From positions 1 to 64,000 of IMG/VR virus record IMGVR_UViG_3300046171_000314: a stretch of DNA of 64,000 nucleotides; one strand, 5' to 3'. Below are positions 48,643-57,016 of this stretch, one piece after another; within the stretch, counting starts at the first letter, position 1, and each line of letters starts with the position of its first letter. Made by a program: the position numbers and the translations under genes. The notes beneath the pieces were generated by a model. It was given only the letters and a program-made list of their open reading frames with translations, did not search any database and was not told the DNA's origin. This DNA comes from a virus.

Positions 48643-48720
48643 ATGAAAACGCCAAGTATTAAAAGAGTTGCTTTTCACTACTTGAACAAAAGAGCGAGCC
48701 TATATGAGAGAAATCTTTAA
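48643..48720 (+). CDS. 25-aa tag-only peptide
   Basis: MKTPSIKRVAFHYLNKRASLYERNL*; AGGA RBS; stop overlaps the SNase ATG. Confidence 0.45.
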   Translation: MKTPSIKRVAFHYLNKRASLYERNL

Positions 48721-49076
48721 TGGAACTCTACACCTATAAAGCCACTATCACATCTGTCTATGATGGAGATACCTGCACCGCAGATGTCGATCTCGGTTTC
48801 TATATGATACAACGAAAGGTCAAGGTTCGCCTTTATGGTATCAACACCGCAGAACTTAGGGGTGGCACAGAGGAAACAAAACAAGCCGCTGTACAGGCTC
48901 GTGACTACCTCAGAAATTGTGTTCTCAACCAAGAGGTGTTGTTGAAATCTTGTGGGAAAGGCAAGTATGGTCGTTGGCTCTGCGAAATCTTTGTGGTTGA
49001 TCCACAGACAGGCGAGAAGACCAATGTCAATCAGAAACTAATCGAACTTGGTCTTGCTGTTCCCTATATGGTCTAA
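48720..49076 (+). CDS. thermonuclease (SNase-like)
   Basis: VYDGDT; VRLYGINTAEL; GKYGRWL; LIELGLAVPY. Confidence 0.9.
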   Translation: MELYTYKATITSVYDGDTCTADVDLGFYMIQRKVKVRLYGINTAELRGGTEETKQAAVQARDYLRNCVLNQEVLLKSCGKGKYGRWLCEIFVVDPQTGEKTNVNQKLIELGLAVPYMV

Positions 49077-49486
49077 GAGTTCTTATCGTCTCGCAACTTA
49101 TCAAGGTTGTCAAGATACGGTGGTGATTTGACTTTGTAATCCCAAAGCCAAGCCCATCGTTTTCTCGTTGCAAGATACTCTAAGTTAGAGTCATTGACAT
49201 ATGCCTCTTGTTCGGCTCGGATACAATAGTAGGAGATGTTCCCTTGCTTATGTATCAACAGACCAATGAACCAATCCCATAGATACACAAACCAAAAGCC
49301 AATAAAGAACAGGTCAAGGTATTGTTGGTAGTGAATGGTTTCGTGGTTGCGGAGTTTCTCATCCATCTCACCACGAGCGATAACGACAAAGCCTAACGTG
49401 ATAGCCCCAATGGTGATAGGGGATACCTTACTTAGCCACACAGGTATGCGACTATTCTCAATAAATATGGGTTTCCAATTTTTCAA
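49073..49486 (-). CDS. HExxH membrane-associated zincin-like protein
   Basis: GAITLG...RNHETIHYQQ...EQEAY. Confidence 0.7.
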   Translation of the reverse strand: MKNWKPIFIENSRIPVWLSKVSPITIGAITLGFVVIARGEMDEKLRNHETIHYQQYLDLFFIGFWFVYLWDWFIGLLIHKQGNISYYCIRAEQEAYVNDSNLEYLATRKRWAWLWDYKVKSPPYLDNLDKLRDDKNS

Positions 49487-49899
49487 AATACAAATCCTCC
49501 ATCTGATCCCTCTTGGATTACATCAAAGGCATAATCCAAAAGACTCAAAATCTGTTTCTGTTGTTTTCCTATTAAGGATTGCATATCGACTATCAAATGA
49601 TTGATAGTGTTTTCGTAAATCTTCGCATCCCCAATGTATGATAAAAGAGTATCGTTCAAGGCGTTCTCAAAGTCAAATCTTGGTGCTACGGTGGAAGCGA
49701 TGTTCCACGCATCGTTTTCTGCGTGGTTACGTCTGACATTTAACAAATGTCGTTCAAAATCTAAATCTCGACCATCCTCAGAAAGAGCCTCTATAAGAGA
49801 AGCCACTTGCAAAAGAGCCTCTCGGTTTTTATTTTTTAGACCTCTTTTCCAAATGGTGAATAGTTTCTTTTTGTGTTCTTGACTAATTGGTTTTTGCAT
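49483..49899 (-). CDS. QA-helix-tagged hypothetical protein
   Basis: HKKKLFTIW...NREALLQVASLIEAL; class C motif at 49926-49938. Confidence 0.7.
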   Translation of the reverse strand: MQKPISQEHKKKLFTIWKRGLKNKNREALLQVASLIEALSEDGRDLDFERHLLNVRRNHAENDAWNIASTVAPRFDFENALNDTLLSYIGDAKIYENTINHLIVDMQSLIGKQQKQILSLLDYAFDVIQEGSDGGFVF

Positions 49900-49943
49900 T
49901 AGGAACTCCTTTCTACTTTATAGAATATAGAAAGAATAAAAAG

Positions 49944-50072
49944 AAACCCCTCGTTTCCTCAAAGTTCTGAACACCGACTGACTTGCAAGTGTCGAAAGGA
50001 AACAAGGGGGACATATCTCGTAGCAAAGATGCGATCTCGCAAGCAGGGAACATCAATGTTCAGAACTTTGCT
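49944..50072 (-). ncRNA. candidate structured RNA (long stem plus pseudoknot)
   Basis: CAAAGTTCTGAACA/TGTTCAGAACTTTG stem extended by G-U pairs; loop CCCCTTGTTTCCT complementary to the 3' tail AGGAAACGAGGGG. Confidence 0.5.
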
Positions 50073-50093
50073 CTGCGGTGAGATTTTTCTTTT

Positions 50094-50279
50094 CTAATTT
50101 TTGTTTGAAACAAAAGCGTTGAGTTTCTTGGCTTCCTTGATTACATCTTCCGCTGTATATCCTTTCCACTCTTTATCGCCCGAAGCAGCGAACTGCATTT
50201 GAGCATTGTTTCTAAGAATTTCTTCGGCTAAGTGAAGGAGTTGTTGACGAATTTGATAAGCAGTTTGATTGTCTGCCAT
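50094..50279 (-). CDS. small conserved phage protein
   Basis: AYQIRQQLLHLA...EDVIKEAKKLNAFVS pattern; GAGGTG RBS; CA-repeat leader. Confidence 0.75.
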   Translation of the reverse strand: MADNQTAYQIRQQLLHLAEEILRNNAQMQFAASGDKEWKGYTAEDVIKEAKKLNAFVSNKN

Positions 50280-50642
50280 GAGTCACCTCTTTATGTGTGT
50301 GTATGTGTGTGTATGAACCTATCTGATTGAAGGTTCGATATACTATACCCAAGAAAACTTCCTTGTCTTTTATTTATTTTTTTCAAATAAGACCCTTGTG
50401 TTTTCGGTACTATCCACAAAGGAGAGAATGGTGATAGATACGCAAGCAGATGACTTTTGGGCGTGGGTGAGTTTAGGTTGGGCACTGACCCTACTCGTAT
50501 GGCTGTTGATACTTTGGGAAATACGAAGACCCCCAAGCCCCTGTGATGGAATTTATTTTAGAGAAGCACACCTAAGATGTCTTTGGGAGCAAAGTAAATA
50601 GTTTCTCTATATTCTTTTCAAAGTGTATTGGAGAAAAACATA

Positions 50643-51143
50643 ATGGCTCGTTCAGACAAAGAAAAGAAAGAAATATATGACAAGTGGAAAGGCTTGATCA
50701 ATATGAGCCAATCGGCTCTCGATGAATGGGCTAAGAATCCTGCTCGTTTGGAAGCCTCTCTCAATAGAGCGAAAGCCAAAGATGAGGGTGGGATTCAAAG
50801 TGGTCTTGATTCTCTCCACCGCATCAAAAGAAGAAAGTCCAAACCTGTCAAAGAATGGTCTGACCAAGATTACGACAATGCGGCTCAGGAGAATGGGTTC
50901 AATGGTCGTATGTTGGGCGGCAAGATTGGACAGCCTGTAGGTAGTACAGGAATGTCCAAGTGGGAAATCTCACTACGCAATTGGGGACACGACCCTGCAT
51001 TGAGTTCAAGCCCTGCTAACGCCAAGTATAAGGCTTGGAAGAAAGCAAACAAGGATGCTATTGCAAAGTCCAAAGCGAAAGCCAAGAAGAAAGCCTCTGT
51101 CGAAAGAGTTGCATATCAATATTTAATTTCTAGGAGCAGATAA
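50643..51143 (+). CDS. DUF3140-like protein with C-terminal RVA tag
   Basis: LINMSQSALDEW...WEISLRNWGHDP; KKKASVERVAYQYL; class C motif at 50599-50611. Confidence 0.7.
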   Translation: MARSDKEKKEIYDKWKGLINMSQSALDEWAKNPARLEASLNRAKAKDEGGIQSGLDSLHRIKRRKSKPVKEWSDQDYDNAAQENGFNGRMLGGKIGQPVGSTGMSKWEISLRNWGHDPALSSSPANAKYKAWKKANKDAIAKSKAKAKKKASVERVAYQYLISRSR

Positions 51144-52210
51144 TGAGAAATAGGAGAGCAGGGAAAAAGTTCCCCCCATCAATGGGAATGAGAACCCCAA
51201 GCAATCAGAAGCACAAGAAAGATCCAAGACCAAAGGCTCGCCCTGCGGACACTTGGGATGACAAACAAGTCTCTCGTGGAAACTCTGCTTGGTATCGTGC
51301 TATGGATCGAATGATTGACAAGGGAATGTCCGAGCGAGATATCGTTCATTCTATTTCAAAAAAGTTCAAGATTGACCCTATGGCTATCAAGAAAGAACTT
51401 CGTGGTCGTATGCGAATGGCAAATGAGATGCTTGCCGACAGTGATGGCAACTATATGAGTGTTCAGAACATTGAGAGCATACTTAATGCCGCTGAGTTCC
51501 TTTCTGAAATGATCTATGATGGCGACGAAATGGAAGATTGGGTTGAGGACAAAATCTCTGTTGCTCGTGCCGCCCTGTCAGATGTCGCTCGCTATTACAA
51601 CAGTGGTCGTTCTATGTACGCATCAAGTCGAACCTTCTTGGCACATTCATACAAAGAAGCCCTCCGAAAAATCCAAATTCAAAAACTTATGGGTCAGGGA
51701 CAGTTTTCTTTGATTACCGCATATCGAAATGAGAACTCTAAGTCAGAGAACAAGCGTATCCAAACAGAGTTGAGAGTAGAACTTGCGAAAATGGGATACA
51801 AGCCTGAAACCTTGAAAGCATCTTGGGATGGAAAAACCGAACAATCTCTTCTTGTAAAAGGAATACCCTTTGGAAAGGCGAAAGCACTTGGCATCAAGTA
51901 TGGACAAGACGCTATTATTTGGAAAGGAGCAGGAGAGCCTTGGGTTGGGATGTATTATTTCAATGGCAAGAACGCAGGGAAGGTTGAGGTCGCTCTCGAT
52001 ACAAAGAATATGTCTGTCGATTATGATGTATCAATGGAGAAAGACCTGTACAGTAAGGCTCGTGGTTTATCCTTTGAGTTGGATTTCCATTGGGGTAAGT
52101 TTGTGAATACAAGCGGAGGTTACATAAAACCAAAGCACCTTGAGGAATGGCTAAGAACCTACTTTGATTTGGAAGCCATTGTGTCTAACAACGAGATACT
52201 TATCAATTAA
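51143..52210 (+). CDS. multi-module protein with C-terminal DUF3293-like domain
   Basis: EDWVEDKISVA module; ITAYR...EQSLLV...KYGQDAII. Confidence 0.6.
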   Translation: MRNRRAGKKFPPSMGMRTPSNQKHKKDPRPKARPADTWDDKQVSRGNSAWYRAMDRMIDKGMSERDIVHSISKKFKIDPMAIKKELRGRMRMANEMLADSDGNYMSVQNIESILNAAEFLSEMIYDGDEMEDWVEDKISVARAALSDVARYYNSGRSMYASSRTFLAHSYKEALRKIQIQKLMGQGQFSLITAYRNENSKSENKRIQTELRVELAKMGYKPETLKASWDGKTEQSLLVKGIPFGKAKALGIKYGQDAIIWKGAGEPWVGMYYFNGKNAGKVEVALDTKNMSVDYDVSMEKDLYSKARGLSFELDFHWGKFVNTSGGYIKPKHLEEWLRTYFDLEAIVSNNEILIN

Positions 52211-52219
52211 GGAGGGATT

Positions 52220-52546
52220 ATGAAAAAGAGCATTGCAAAAAATCTTGAATCTGTGTGGTTTGGTAAATCTGCCAAAACATACGAAAGAAAGACCCCTAAA
52301 GAAGTGGTCAAAGAACATTACGCAAAACGACCCAAAAGAATGGGGGATGGATCTTCTATTTCGTGGCAAGGGGAGAAAGGTCGTGAGGGAGATAGGTTCT
52401 ATCCATTGACCACCTTTGAGGAATCCTTGTCTGAATTCGAAAAGAGAATAGAGAATGGTAACAGGGGAATTCCGGGCGGATGGCGGATATACTTTGATCC
52501 AAAGAAAAAGAAGCACTTTGCGTTTTCTTATTACAACTCAATGTGA
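52220..52546 (+). CDS. hypothetical protein similar to the C-end of 18173..18757
   Basis: RGIPGGWRIYFDPKKKKHFAFSYYNSM. Confidence 0.7.
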   Translation: MKKSIAKNLESVWFGKSAKTYERKTPKEVVKEHYAKRPKRMGDGSSISWQGEKGREGDRFYPLTTFEESLSEFEKRIENGNRGIPGGWRIYFDPKKKKHFAFSYYNSM

Positions 52547-52563
52547 GTAGGAAATAAATACAA

Positions 52564-52592
52564 AAAAAGGGGAGTCAATTGACTCCCCTTTT
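52564..52592. terminator. bidirectional terminator between convergent blocks
   Basis: AAAAGGGGAGTCAATTGACTCCCCTTTT palindrome. Confidence 0.8.
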
Positions 52593-52613
52593 GATTATCT
52601 CAATCTGAGATAC

Positions 52614-53258
52614 TTAGAATGGTATGGCTTCAACCACAGGCTTTGGTATTTCATACCCCATTTCAAGGTAGGCTTCTTTAACTGAAAGTTCTCTCTTATG
52701 GGAGATGACATCTACCGCCAAGTTTTCTGCACGATGATAAAGGTCACTAGCCGTTGTTCCTGTGCCCCCTTGCTCTTGAAGGACTTGGTAAATGTGTCCT
52801 ATCGCTTGCCCAAATACACTTGCCCACTCAGGTTGGCTTGTTGCATAGTCGTGTGGGCTGTAGTCATATTGGTGTGGGTCTTCCTGCCACTCACCCCGTT
52901 CCATCAACTCAATAATGTAATCTCCTGTTCTGCTCATAGTTTCCTCCTTCAAATACGACAAGTAATCGGCTCGTTCGAGGGTGTTGTCTTTTGGTATTCG
53001 CATCCCCAACTGCACCTCGTGTAGATAAACATGCGAGAAATTATTCGCAAACCTCTTATAGACTTCCTCTTTGTCGATTCCGAACTGAGAGAGTTCTTCC
53101 GCAAGTGCTTGGATTTCTTCTCTGTCGAGGTTCATCCCTGTTGTGTGTTTCTCATTGAGGAAGGCGGATATCGCCATCTCAAATTCGTAGTTCAACCTGT
53201 CACAAACAGGTGTGTCTAAGTCCGAGTCGAAGATGTAGTCATCAAGGTTGATTTTCAT
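52614..53258 (-). CDS. hypothetical protein
   Basis: GAGGTG RBS; coupled. Confidence 0.65.
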   Translation of the reverse strand: MKINLDDYIFDSDLDTPVCDRLNYEFEMAISAFLNEKHTTGMNLDREEIQALAEELSQFGIDKEEVYKRFANNFSHVYLHEVQLGMRIPKDNTLERADYLSYLKEETMSRTGDYIIELMERGEWQEDPHQYDYSPHDYATSQPEWASVFGQAIGHIYQVLQEQGGTGTTASDLYHRAENLAVDVISHKRELSVKEAYLEMGYEIPKPVVEAIPF

Positions 53259-53569
53259 TATACACCTCGTGCTTCAAAGTCTCGGCACGCATCCCACCCA
53301 CTTGCTGTAAGTTTGTGGGGCTTTCTCTTTTCAATAAATTCGTGATCTATTAAGAAAGATAAGAAAGGCTCAACGGGTCGTGTTGCCCTCAACCCTTTGT
53401 GGGCTGTCAAACACCACGCAGTTTTCATAACACAAAGATGCTCTAATGCTCTGTACTCCATTTCTTCTCTTGATAGGGAATCAAGTTCACAAAATTGGTC
53501 TTCCTTTAGATTGTCTCGGTAGTCATTGAACTCCCCATCTTTAAGAATTTTGAGTTTTGGCTTAGTCAT
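53258..53569 (-). CDS. hypothetical protein
   Basis: coupled ORF. Confidence 0.6.
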   Translation of the reverse strand: MTKPKLKILKDGEFNDYRDNLKEDQFCELDSLSREEMEYRALEHLCVMKTAWCLTAHKGLRATRPVEPFLSFLIDHEFIEKRKPHKLTASGWDACRDFEARGV

Positions 53570-53978
53570 CGCACACCCCCATCATCCCATTGATAATCTT
53601 CTGTCCTACCTCTGCAAACTCTGCCATTTCCCGTTTTTCTTCTTCTGTATACACGGGGAGAGGAAAGGGCACAAAACGTGCAATCTTGTGTTGGATATAT
53701 TTTTGGTTGTTATCCCCTGAATAATTAACTCTCAGGTTGTCCCTGCGATAGGCGGTGTCGGTTCGTTCATCTACGAAAGCCCAATAGTGAGTATCCACCA
53801 TTGACTTTGTGTATGCCCCTGTGTGGGTTGTGTTGTCTGTCAAAGATATCAAATGATAGTAGCCGATCTTCTTCTTGTCGAGATAGACAGAGTACTTTCC
53901 TTGATGTCGCCTAGACGAGAAAGTGACTCTCGCCATTTGGCGTTTCTTTTCTTCTTGTTGTTGTCGGATTGCGTTCAT
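53562..53978 (-). CDS. hypothetical protein
   Basis: AGGAG RBS. Confidence 0.6.
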   Translation of the reverse strand: MNAIRQQQEEKKRQMARVTFSSRRHQGKYSVYLDKKKIGYYHLISLTDNTTHTGAYTKSMVDTHYWAFVDERTDTAYRRDNLRVNYSGDNNQKYIQHKIARFVPFPLPVYTEEEKREMAEFAEVGQKIINGMMGVCDD

Positions 53979-53990
53979 TGTATTCTCCTG

Positions 53991-54245
53991 TCAGGTTTCA
54001 ATGATTGGTTGTTGTAATAAAAGTCTTGTCTCTGCTATACCGACATCGGATGGTTTTCCGTTTGTCTTGTCATAGTCGATCAATAAGCCGCTAAAGTCGA
54101 ACTCTATCTTCTGACCGCCTCTTGCTGTCCAAGATGTAAGCATCCCATATCTTCTGTTTGGGCATCGAGGTTTATTCATCAGGGCTTCAATGCGAGCCTT
54201 GTTCCGTTGCTTTCTTTGGAATCTTTTCTTTTGTTTGCGGTTCAT
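53991..54245 (-). CDS. basic hypothetical protein
   Basis: GAGGTG RBS; ATGA-coupled. Confidence 0.55.
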   Translation of the reverse strand: MNRKQKKRFQRKQRNKARIEALMNKPRCPNRRYGMLTSWTARGGQKIEFDFSGLLIDYDKTNGKPSDVGIAETRLLLQQPIIET

Positions 54246-54661
54246 TTTTCACCTCTCTTTTTGAAAGACACACGAGCCTTTCGGGTTTTTTGTTGCAGGG
54301 CTGTAAGTACTACCGATTTCATCTCGGTGGGTAGTTGTGGAAACACCTCTTCGAACTTTGGGTGCGTCCTGACATTGGTTTGGAAGAGCAATTGGAAATA
54401 GTGTCCAAGTCTTTGAGATAACTGACTATCCTCTAAAACAAGGTAGTCGGTCTTTGGCTCAGAGACAGAGAACTCTCCAAAGGGGGTTTCATATCTTCCT
54501 TTGCCCTTCTCTCGGAGTTCTTCTTTCCCTTGTTCGATGTAATCTTGAAGGGTGGATTGGAAGAGCCACATAATTGCGAGCAACTCTTTTCTATCCTTTG
54601 TGGTATCCCATTCCTTTTGAAGGGAATCGAATAGCCTTTGGAATTGTAGATAAGTAGACAT
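54242..54661 (-). CDS. hypothetical protein
   Basis: AAGGAG RBS before ATG 54661. Confidence 0.6.
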   Translation of the reverse strand: MSTYLQFQRLFDSLQKEWDTTKDRKELLAIMWLFQSTLQDYIEQGKEELREKGKGRYETPFGEFSVSEPKTDYLVLEDSQLSQRLGHYFQLLFQTNVRTHPKFEEVFPQLPTEMKSVVLTALQQKTRKARVSFKKRGEK

Positions 54662-54685
54662 AATATTCTCCTTTGAATTAAATAC

Positions 54686-54716
54686 AAAAAAACTCCCCAC
54701 CCGAAGGTGGGGGTTC
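54686..54716 (-). terminator. intrinsic terminator
   Basis: CCCCACC-TTCG-GGTGGGG hairpin followed by a T-run on the minus strand. Confidence 0.75.
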
Positions 54717-54730
54717 TTTATAGGAATTCC

Positions 54731-55585
54731 CTATGCACATTCATAGTGAATAGGGTTTTTTGAATTCTCAACATCCCATATTGCTTTGCTGCCCATTTTG
54801 ATGGTTTTACCACACTTGTCACACTCAAGGTCACAAGGGGCTTCCATCACTGTTGCAGGGTCGATAACAGCACTTGACTTAGGGGCTTCAACCTCAACAA
54901 GATCCTCCCAAGATTCTTCAACCTTTTCAGGCTCTTCTTCTTTGGACTCTGCCTGTGCTTTGGCTTCCTCTTTTCGCTTGGCATCTTCAGCATCAAGCCC
55001 CTCTGCAATTTCGAGGAAAGCAAGGAAAGCAGTTCTCTTACAAGACCCTGCAAGAGGACAAGCCTTGCAAGTAGGACTTCTCTCTGCCCAATAACCAAAG
55101 CAAGAGGTTTGAGAGATAGCGATCTCTTTAATACTCTCGTCATTGTGATAAGTATCCTCAGGAATATCTCCGATTGTCCAAGACACCCCATCACCTTCTT
55201 CAAAGTTGGTGGGATTTGCAACAGGTTTGGTGACTCGAACTTCAACAACAGTATCTTCTTGCCATTCAACCTTTGAGGCAGGGGCGTTTCCTTTTGCCTT
55301 TGTGATACCCTCAGCGGTCAAGCCATACTTACCACGACCCTTCGCCTCGCCCAACCCTTCTTCACGAAGTTTGGTAAAGGCTTTGGTGATATTGTATCGT
55401 ACCCAAGAGCGAGGATTTTTCTGACTTGTCATATAACCCCAAGCATCTTCCTCAATAGAGTGATGGTCACAGAAGGCTGTGACCATATCATCAAGTTGAG
55501 TGTGATCCGCAGGGGTGGCTACCAAGCCGCCAAGCACTATCAGAAGAGAAGGCTTGAGTTTAGAGGGGGAAAGTTTTGTAGTCAT
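54731..55585 (-). CDS. winged-helix-like protein with 4-Cys motif and extra Zn ribbon (paralog of 6224..6805)
   Basis: EDAWGYMTSQKNPRSW...GRGKY; CFGYWAERSPTCKACPLAGSC; CDKCG...HYEC. Confidence 0.75.
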   Translation of the reverse strand: MTTKLSPSKLKPSLLIVLGGLVATPADHTQLDDMVTAFCDHHSIEEDAWGYMTSQKNPRSWVRYNITKAFTKLREEGLGEAKGRGKYGLTAEGITKAKGNAPASKVEWQEDTVVEVRVTKPVANPTNFEEGDGVSWTIGDIPEDTYHNDESIKEIAISQTSCFGYWAERSPTCKACPLAGSCKRTAFLAFLEIAEGLDAEDAKRKEEAKAQAESKEEEPEKVEESWEDLVEVEAPKSSAVIDPATVMEAPCDLECDKCGKTIKMGSKAIWDVENSKNPIHYECA

Positions 55586-55644
55586 AATGACCTCCGAATG
55601 AAAAATGAAAGAGAAAAAATACAGCAGTTTATCAACTACATCCT

Positions 55645-55671
55645 CTATACGATAGAGAAAATTTTACGTTA
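55645..55671 (-). promoter_or_regulatory. class A phage promoter motif
   Basis: TAACGTAA-N11-TCGTATAG. Confidence 0.8.
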
Positions 55672-55676
55672 CACCT

Positions 55677-56831
55677 TCAGGCTACTTTTATTTTAGCCTC
55701 TGCAATTCTGACAGGGATAAGCGTTGTCAAATCTCCACGATCCGACCCAATATAGGCTTCCTCGCCTTTTCTAGTGAGAGATAAGGTATTGATCCCTGTG
55801 GCTCTGATCAGCCCTGCGGATATCAAATTATTTACCATTTCAACATCTTTTGATGTCTCTTTGCCCCAAGATCCTGATTTCACTGCTCCCAAGATCACCA
55901 TTTGTCTGTGATGATCTTGACCGATCTTCAACAGGTCTTTTCTCATATAGGATTTGAGAACTCTTGCTCTGCTTTCAGATCGATCAATCTCCTCCGCCAA
56001 CTCCCCATCAGACAAATCTGACATAATTGCATTGAGGACTTGTGCGTTGAACTCCCCTTTATGTGTCCCCTCCATTGTATTTATGGCAAGGAGAATACCA
56101 CGATAGGACTCTCGGCTCTCCAACTCCTCTTGATCTATATAGACATCTTCAGGGCTACTGCTATGGTCTACCACCACAGATGTAATGTTGCCCTTATCGT
56201 CAGACACCACCGCTTGATCAAATGAGTCGTGTCGATGTTGAGATTGGGATTCCCCTGATATGACCTCTTGCTTAGACCTCTTGCCCCTTGCACGACAATG
56301 AGCATCTTGACCGCCTTTTTGCGTAGCATTTGTATGCTCTCGCATAGCAAAATTGACGATAACAGAAGCATACACCTTTTTGCCTGCTTTGAGTTGCTTG
56401 TCAAAGGCTCTGTTCTTCAGGGCTTTGGCATTGTAGTTTGCGAGAACATCCTCTGCTTCCTCACCTGTTCCATAAAGTTTGGAGGATAACTTGCGGAGGA
56501 TTTCCTTGTGCATTTTTGGATACTCTGTGCGATACCATGTGTCGGTGAGAGAGTTTTCTTCTTCGGTTTCGATAACAGGTCGTACAGGCTCTGTGGTCTC
56601 TAGGGTATGCTCATAGACACCCCAAGCGAAATCAACGAAGGTTACAGGCTCTGTGCGGCTGTAATAAACATCCTCAGTGATAAGATGGTTCTTATACTCG
56701 GTGAGGGATACCTTGAGATTGAGAGGGGCTACCTCTGTTCTTCTATATAGATTGTCTAGGACAATAGTGGTGTTCGTAATGAATTCTTTGGTATAGTTAG
56801 AAACGAACCACGCCAACGTGCGATTTTTCAT
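55677..56831 (-). CDS. divergent sigma-factor-like protein
   Basis: region-2-like EEAEDVLANY; SSPEDVYIDQEE; region-4-like LSDGELAEEIDRSESRARVL. Confidence 0.5.
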   Translation of the reverse strand: MKNRTLAWFVSNYTKEFITNTTIVLDNLYRRTEVAPLNLKVSLTEYKNHLITEDVYYSRTEPVTFVDFAWGVYEHTLETTEPVRPVIETEEENSLTDTWYRTEYPKMHKEILRKLSSKLYGTGEEAEDVLANYNAKALKNRAFDKQLKAGKKVYASVIVNFAMREHTNATQKGGQDAHCRARGKRSKQEVISGESQSQHRHDSFDQAVVSDDKGNITSVVVDHSSSPEDVYIDQEELESRESYRGILLAINTMEGTHKGEFNAQVLNAIMSDLSDGELAEEIDRSESRARVLKSYMRKDLLKIGQDHHRQMVILGAVKSGSWGKETSKDVEMVNNLISAGLIRATGINTLSLTRKGEEAYIGSDRGDLTTLIPVRIAEAKIKVA

Positions 56832-56909
56832 AGGGGTCTCCCATTTTGATCAGTGATGTAGGATTAAGCGTGACCGTAGTCACAAAAGATGAAAATCTTT
56901 ATTACAGAC

Positions 56910-56939
56910 AGTATATCATAGATTCCGAAAAATCGTCAA
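56910..56939 (-). promoter_or_regulatory. host sigma70-type promoter
   Basis: TTGACG-N18-TATACT with extended TG. Confidence 0.65.
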
Positions 56940-57016
56940 GGTTTTTGTGCGATAAAGATCCTCAATAATTTGTCTATCGAATGTGGTTGGTGAAACTACG
57001 GTTAGGAGTTACAAAA

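Noticed and set aside
49965-50000. Hammerhead ribozyme on the plus strand (CTGA...GAAA)
   Set aside because: There is no CUGANGA core in the correct stem context, and the wobble pairs favour the minus strand.
2304-55671. Class A repeats as integron attC sites or CRISPR repeats
   Set aside because: They are non-palindromic, have a variable 11-nt core, always point at gene starts, and no integrase is seen; a promoter fits better.
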